Below are positions 59,306 to 64,000 of a stretch of 64,000 bases of DNA, in pieces. The translations under genes were made by a program, and so were the position numbers. This DNA comes from an uncultured Actinomycetes bacterium. Lineage in GTDB: Bacteria > Actinomycetota > Acidimicrobiia > IMCC26256 > PALSA-610. Every line of letters starts with the position of its first letter. Position 1 is the stretch's first letter. The stretch is taken from positions 376,408 through 440,407 of the forward strand of contig CAWAGX010000020.1 of the NCBI GenBank assembly GCA_963781425.1, written 5' to 3'. The notes under the pieces were generated by a model. The model did no database searches. It was not told the origin of the DNA and saw only the letters and a list, made by a program, of their open reading frames with translations.

Positions 59306-60222
59306 GCCAGACGCTGGAGGAAGCTCCCGCCCCGGCCGAGCCCGCTCCGGAAGCACCGCCGCGTGCGCGGCGTCAGCTGCCCGACTGGCTGAAGGGCAAC
59401 GTGTTGCTGTTCCCGGCCGCGGCCTGGTTTGCCGTGCTGTTGATCGTCCCGATGCTCATCGTCGTGCAATACAGCCTTGCCCGCCGCGGGATCATCAAGC
59501 CGGTCCGGTTCAGCTGGGGCACTCTGCAGTGGCACAACTACCAGGACGCGTTCTCCAGTCGTTTCCGCCGGATCTTCGTGCGATCGATCGCCTACGCGGG
59601 AGCGACGACGATCGTGTGCATCGCGCTCGGCTTTCCACTCGCGTACTGGATCGCGCGGTTCGGGGGCCGGTTCCGCAATGTGTTTCTCGTGCTGGTGATC
59701 ATCCCGTTCCTCACGAGCTATCTCATCCGCATGTACGCGTGGCAGTTCATCCTGCAACGCGACGGATTGCTGAACGACACGCTCGGCGCGCTGCATCTCG
59801 GCAACGACCACATCTTCCTCAATACGTCGTTCGCGGTGATCCTCGGGCTCACGTACGGATTCCTGCCGTTCATGATCCTGCCGCTGTACGCGTCGATTGA
59901 ACGCATGGACCCATCGCTCGTCGAAGCGAGCTACGACCTCGGGCACGGCAAGGTCTCGACGTTCCTGCGCGTGATCGTGCCGACAGTGTCACCGGGTCTG
60001 GTCGCCGGCATTCTGCTCGTGTTCATCCCGGCCGTCGGTGACTTCGTTACTCCGCAACTGCTGGGCGGGGTCAAGACCCAGATGATCGGCAACGTCATCC
60101 AGGATCAGTTCGGCAGCGGCCAGAACTGGCCGTTGGGCTCGGCGATGTCGGTCGTCCTGATGGGCCTCATCCTGATCGGTGTCTGGTTGTACCTCCGCCG
60201 CGTGGGCGAGGACGCGCTGTGA
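59302..60222 (+). CDS. potB: polyamine ABC transporter permease
   Basis: TTG 59302 overlaps the potD stop (TTGA). Intact, six TM segments, with the EAA-loop region LVEASYDLGHGKVSTFLRVIVP. Confidence 0.88.
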   Translation: MSQTLEEAPAPAEPAPEAPPRARRQLPDWLKGNVLLFPAAAWFAVLLIVPMLIVVQYSLARRGIIKPVRFSWGTLQWHNYQDAFSSRFRRIFVRSIAYAGATTIVCIALGFPLAYWIARFGGRFRNVFLVLVIIPFLTSYLIRMYAWQFILQRDGLLNDTLGALHLGNDHIFLNTSFAVILGLTYGFLPFMILPLYASIERMDPSLVEASYDLGHGKVSTFLRVIVPTVSPGLVAGILLVFIPAVGDFVTPQLLGGVKTQMIGNVIQDQFGSGQNWPLGSAMSVVLMGLILIGVWLYLRRVGEDAL

Positions 60223-61051
60223 GCCGCGCTCGTTCCGCTTTGCGGCCGCGCTACCTGAAGCTGCACGCGCTCCTCGTGTACGCGTTCTTGTTCGCGCCGA
60301 TCATCGTGCTGGTCGTCTTCAGCTTCAACGAGGCGCGCAGCAGCTCGAAGTTCACAAACTTCTCCACGAAGTGGTACGACGACCTCATTCACAACGCCGA
60401 CGCGCTGCGGGCGTTCCGGACGACACTCAAGGTCGCGATCGTCGCGACGCTCGTGGCGACCGTCCTCGGCACGCTCGCCGCGTTCGCGCTCCACGCGGTT
60501 CCAGTTCCGGGGTCGTTCGGGCTACTCGACGCTGGTGTTCATCTCGCTTGTGATCCCGGAAGTCGTCCTCGGCATCGCGTTGCTCGCCTTCTTTGCGAAC
60601 GTCGCACACATTAAGCTCGGTCTGCGAACAGTGATCCTCGCGCACATCACGTTCTGCATCGCGTTCGTCGTGGTTGTCGTGAAAGCGCGCCTGGCGTCGT
60701 TCGACAACCGGCTCGTCGAAGCCGCGGCTGATCTCGGCGCGACGCCGTTCCAGTCGTTCCTGCGCGTCGTGCTCCCACTGGCAGCACCGGGGATCGCGGC
60801 GGGAGCAATGCTGTCGTTCCTGATCTCGCTCGACGACGTCGTGATCACGTTCTTCACCACCGGGCCCGGCGCGAACACGCTGCCGCTGTACATCTACGGG
60901 CAATTGAAAGTGGGGGTCTCCCCTCGCATCAACGCGCTCTCGAGCTTCGTTCTCGCGATCTCGCTCATCGCGCTCGGCGATCGGCGCGGCGTTCAGCGCC
61001 CGCGCCGCGAAACGCGGCCGCGGTGGCATCGACGCGACCGCATTGGGCTGA
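60219..61051 (+). pseudogene. potC: polyamine ABC transporter permease, two frameshifts
   Basis: GTG 60219 overlaps the potB stop (GTGA). ORF 60219..60614 is good to ...TLAAFALH (about 60495). It then continues in ORF 60535..61368 (VFISLVIPEVVLGIALLAFF ... LVEAAADLGATPFQSFLRVVLP ... LPLYIYGQLKVGVSP). The true end AIGAAFSARAAKRGRGGIDATALG-TGA (61049-61051) needs a shift near 60975. Confidence 0.85.
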
Positions 61052-61057
61052 GCCGCG

Positions 61058-62288
61058 ATGCGCGTCCTCGTCGTTGGTGCGGGAGGTGTCGGCAGCGCGA
61101 TCCGCGGTCGGCGCCCACGAGGGCGGCGTCCTCGAGCGCGTCGTCGTCGCCGACCTCGACGGCGGTCGCGCGGCAAAGGCCATCGCGGGCCTCGACGAAC
61201 GACGATTCGTCGCTCAGACCGCCGATGCATCCGATGCGTCCAGCCTGGAGGCGCTGGCGCGCCACGAGCAGATCGACATCATCGTCAACGCGTGCGATCC
61301 CCGCTTCAACCCGCCGATCTTCGCGGCCGCCTTCGCGGCGGGTTGCCACTACCTCGACATGGCGATGACACTCTCGGAGCCGCATCCCGAGCGCCCCAAC
61401 GAGCTCCCCGGACGCATGCTCGGCGAGGAACAGCTGGCGGCCGGCGCGGCATGGGAGGAACGCGGGCTCCTCGCCCTCGTCGGCATGGGTGTCGAACCCG
61501 GATTGTCCGACATCTTCGCCCGCTATGCCGCCGACCATCTGTTCACGACACTCGACGAGGTCGGCGTGCGCGACGGCGGTGATCTCACCGTCGACGGATA
61601 CGCGTTCGCACCGACGTTCTCGATCTGGACGACGATCGAGGAGTGCCTCAATCCGCCCCTCGTATGGGAGCGCGACCGCGGCTGGTTCACGCTCCCGCCG
61701 TTCTCGGAACCGGAACGGTTCGTGTTCCCCGAAGGCATCGGCGCGGTCGAGTGCGTGCACGTCGAGCACGAGGAGGTCGTGCTGATCCCGCGTTGGGTCG
61801 ACTGCCGGCGCGTCACGTTCAAATACGGGCTCGGTGAGGAGTTCATCGAGATCTTGCAGATGCTCGCGACGACCGGGTTGGCGTCGACGACGCCGGTGCG
61901 GGTGCGCGGTGTCGAGGTGTCACCGCGCGATCTCGTCGCAGCCGTGCTTCCCGATCCCGCGCTGCTCGGCGACAACATGCACGGCCGCACGTGTGCCGGC
62001 ACATGGGTGACGGGCACCGGCACCGACGGACGGCCGCGAGAGGCGTACCTGTACCACGTCGCCGACAACGCGGAGACGATGGCGCGTCACCACACGCAGG
62101 CGGTCGTGTGGCAAACGGCAATGAACCCCGTGGTCGCACTCGAGCTGCTCGCGGCCGGCGCGTGGTCGGGCGCAGGTGTCCTCGGGCCGGAGGCCTTCGA
62201 CGCGGTGCCGTTCCTCAACCGCCTACGCGAACGGGGTGAGGAGTGGAAGCTCGACGATCGGCCGGCTCCCGTTCCACGACCCAGTTGA
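61058..62288 (+). pseudogene. saccharopine dehydrogenase-like NAD(P)-binding enzyme (homospermidine/carboxynorspermidine-type family), one frameshift
   Basis: ATG 61058 MRVLVVGAGGVGSAI (Rossmann GxGxxG). After a shift near 61103 it continues in ORF 61023..62288 (VVADLDGGRAAKA ... IIVNACDPRFNPPIFAAAFAAGCHYLDMA ... GMGVEPGLSDIF). Confidence 0.75.
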
Positions 62289-62952
62289 GCACGAGGCACA
62301 ACGGGCACGCGGCCTCGGTCATCGCCCGCCCGCCCCGGCGACGGCCGCGGCGGGCGAACCAGTACAGCGCCGCGCCGACCAACAGCGCGGCGAAGAGCGC
62401 GATCGCCGGGCCCTTCGCCTGCTCGAGCAGGTCGCGGGCGGCCGGGCCGAGGAAGTAGCCCAGCACGAGGTGGAGCTGGAGGAACACGCTGGCGCCGAGC
62501 GCGAGCGCGGGCAGCGCGCGTCGCAAGGTCATGCCCGATCCGCCGGCCGCGATGCAGGTGACCGTGCGCAGACCCGGCGTCCCGCGCCCGATCGCCAACG
62601 CAGGAGTGCCGCGCCGCTCCACGAGCCGGCCCGCGCGGTCGAGGCGCTCACGCGTCAACCCGATGCGCGGCCCTACCCGCTCGAGGATCGCGTGGCCGGG
62701 ACCGCGCGCGATCAGGAACAATGCCGCGCTCCCGACGACCGCGACCACCTCGAGCGCGACGATCGCGGCCCACAACGGGAAGCTGCCGTCCGCGGCGCGC
62801 TCACCGATCAGCAACATCACGAGGTCGGCGGGAATCGGGATGGGGATGCCCGCCTCCATCGGCAAGAGGAGCACGAGTGCGAGCGGGACGCCGAGCCCGG
62901 AGGCTGCGAACTTGTCCGACGCGAGCAGGAGGCCGAGTCGCGATGTGCCCAT
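62215..62952 (-). CDS. DedA/SNARE-associated family membrane protein
   Basis: Intact 245-codon ORF. LLLPMEAGIPIPIPADLVMLLIG ... GRGTPGLRTVTCIAAGGSGM. The last ~25 codons overlap the convergent gene by 74 nt, so the true stop may be earlier. Confidence 0.7.
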   Translation of the reverse strand: MGTSRLGLLLASDKFAASGLGVPLALVLLLPMEAGIPIPIPADLVMLLIGERAADGSFPLWAAIVALEVVAVVGSAALFLIARGPGHAILERVGPRIGLTRERLDRAGRLVERRGTPALAIGRGTPGLRTVTCIAAGGSGMTLRRALPALALGASVFLQLHLVLGYFLGPAARDLLEQAKGPAIALFAALLVGAALYWFARRGRRRGGRAMTEAACPLCLVLNWVVEREPADRRASTPHPVRVGG

Positions 62953-63000
62953 ACATGTGATCTTCGCCGTGACGGCCGCGGCGGATCTACGGTCGTGGGT

Positions 63001-63408
63001 CTACGACGCCCGCACGACGGGGTGCGCGACCTCCGCCCAGAGATCGAACGTGCCGTCGGTGTTGCGGCGGCGCCCGACGGCCACCGTGAGCCGGCCGAGC
63101 ATGCGATCGCGCAGGGCGTAGGGCTCTTCGCCGAGGTCGACTTCGTGCGGGCAGCGCAGCCGCACGCTCGTGAGCAATGGGAACAGCTCGAGCGACAGAC
63201 GGCCGGACCCGGCCCGCGGTTGGGCCGTCCCTTCCCGCTCGAGCGCGGCGGCGACGAGCTCGGCAACCACGAGCTCGACGGCAAGGATGTGATCGCCGTC
63301 CACGCCGAGATCGGCGAGGCGCCGCCGGAGCAACGCGCGTGCCTTGCGGGCGCTGCCCGGCCTCAGCTTGATGTCCTCGTTCAGCATCTCAGCATCGTTC
63401 GGTCGCAT
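63001..63408 (-). CDS. small ATP-binding-region-like protein (anti-sigma regulatory kinase/HATPase_c_2-like), weak call
   Basis: 135-codon ORF. ARKARALLRRRLADLGVDGDHILAVELVVAELVAAALE ... LSLELFPLLTSVRLRCPHEVD resembles the N-box region of SpoIIAB/RsbW-like proteins. Confidence 0.4.
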   Translation of the reverse strand: MRPNDAEMLNEDIKLRPGSARKARALLRRRLADLGVDGDHILAVELVVAELVAAALEREGTAQPRAGSGRLSLELFPLLTSVRLRCPHEVDLGEEPYALRDRMLGRLTVAVGRRRNTDGTFDLWAEVAHPVVRAS

Positions 63409-63479
63409 CGCCTCGGCGGTCGTGCCTGATTTGCTCGTCCGTCATCTCGTCCGGCGGGTGCGCCGACTTGACCGACTTC

Positions 63480-64000
63480 TCAGCCGTCAGGCGCCCGTGC
63501 CGCTCCGGCGCCCCGGAACCGGTGGCCGAGCGGGAACAGCCGGAAGCGCCCGAGGGCGCCGGCTCCGACGAACGCGGGCAGCAACGTCGCAAGCGCCCGG
63601 TATGCGAGCACCCCGGCGAGGGCGGCGGCGATCGGGACGTGCGCCTGGTGCAGCAACGCGGGGACGGCCGTCTCGACGAAACCCAACCCGGCCGGCAAGA
63701 GCGGGACGAAGACGCCGAGCATCCCCACCGAGTAGGCGAAGAACAGGAGTGCCGGATGCGCGTGCACCCCGGCCGCGCGCAGCGCGAACACGAAGCACGA
63801 TGCCTCCGCGATGCTCGCACCGACCGCCAGCGCGATCAGCAACGCACGGTCGCGCCGCGAGCCGATCGCGGCGCGCAACTCCTCCGACCAGTCGTTGCAC
63901 CACGTCGCCATGTGCTCACTCCGGGACCGCCAGAACGGCACACGCCGGACAAGCAGACCGATCCTCGCGTGCAGCCGCGCGCGACTTGCGATCGTGCCCG
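63480..64000 (-). CDS. C-terminal part of a lysylphosphatidylglycerol-synthase-TM-region (UPF0104 flippase-like) membrane protein; 5' end outside window
   Basis: The frame is open to the window edge. LLIALAVGASIAEASCFVFALRAAGV ... LLFFAYSVGMLGVFVPLLPAGLGFVETAV ... AGVLAYRALATLLPAFVG. Confidence 0.6.
   Translation of the reverse strand, partial: GTIASRARLHARIGLLVRRVPFWRSRSEHMATWCNDWSEELRAAIGSRRDRALLIALAVGASIAEASCFVFALRAAGVHAHPALLFFAYSVGMLGVFVPLLPAGLGFVETAVPALLHQAHVPIAAALAGVLAYRALATLLPAFVGAGALGRFRLFPLGHRFRGAGAARAPDG

Noticed and set aside
62215-62288. 74-nt convergent overlap of the DedA-like and saccharopine-dehydrogenase-like genes as a regulatory antisense feature
   Set aside because: It is more simply explained by an over-extended DedA ORF: the tail after ...YWFARRGRRRG does not look like DedA. 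High-GC DNA often lacks stop codons, which would allow this.

Overview
64-kb high-G+C, actinobacterium-like chromosomal segment; hand-counted 120-nt samples range from about 53% to 78% G+C, and most genes are GC3-rich. About 60 protein-coding genes lie on both strands. I recognised no rRNA, tRNA, CRISPR array, transposase or integrase. Most of the content is accessory metabolism: a FAD-linked oxidase, two molybdopterin oxidoreductase loci, a GH30 glycosidase, a desaturase, a hydrolase/diiron-oxygenase/SDR/kinase operon, a CFA synthase, a PhyH dioxygenase and a KARI-like enzyme. There is also a large polyamine uptake and catabolism locus (gabT, aldehyde dehydrogenase, Lrp, class-III aminotransferase, potA-D-B-C, saccharopine-dehydrogenase-like). 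Three loci look like conflict or signalling modules. (i) A codon-usage-atypical islet at 16.2-23.0 kb holds a ~1030-aa PLD(HKD) nuclease-SF2 helicase-DUF3427 protein, back-to-back with a 900-aa UvrD-like/HRDC helicase that has an unassigned N-terminal domain. (ii) A ~1040-aa STAND ATPase-helical repeat-class III nucleotide cyclase protein has inverted domain order. It is divergent from a low-GC orphan ORF, an S8 protease with a 13 x GRTWS tail and a small polytopic membrane protein. (iii) A TIR-TM-coiled-coil protein lies at 11.6-12.7 kb. Nearly thirty genes can only be read through one or more frameshifts. These are strongly clustered (10-12.7, 23-28.3 and 50-55.9 kb) while other multi-kb stretches are clean, so this is either uneven assembly quality or regional gene decay. 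A 55-nt nested palindromic element occurs twice, 41 kb apart, with a compensatory stem change. All family assignments come from reading motifs by eye; no searches were run.
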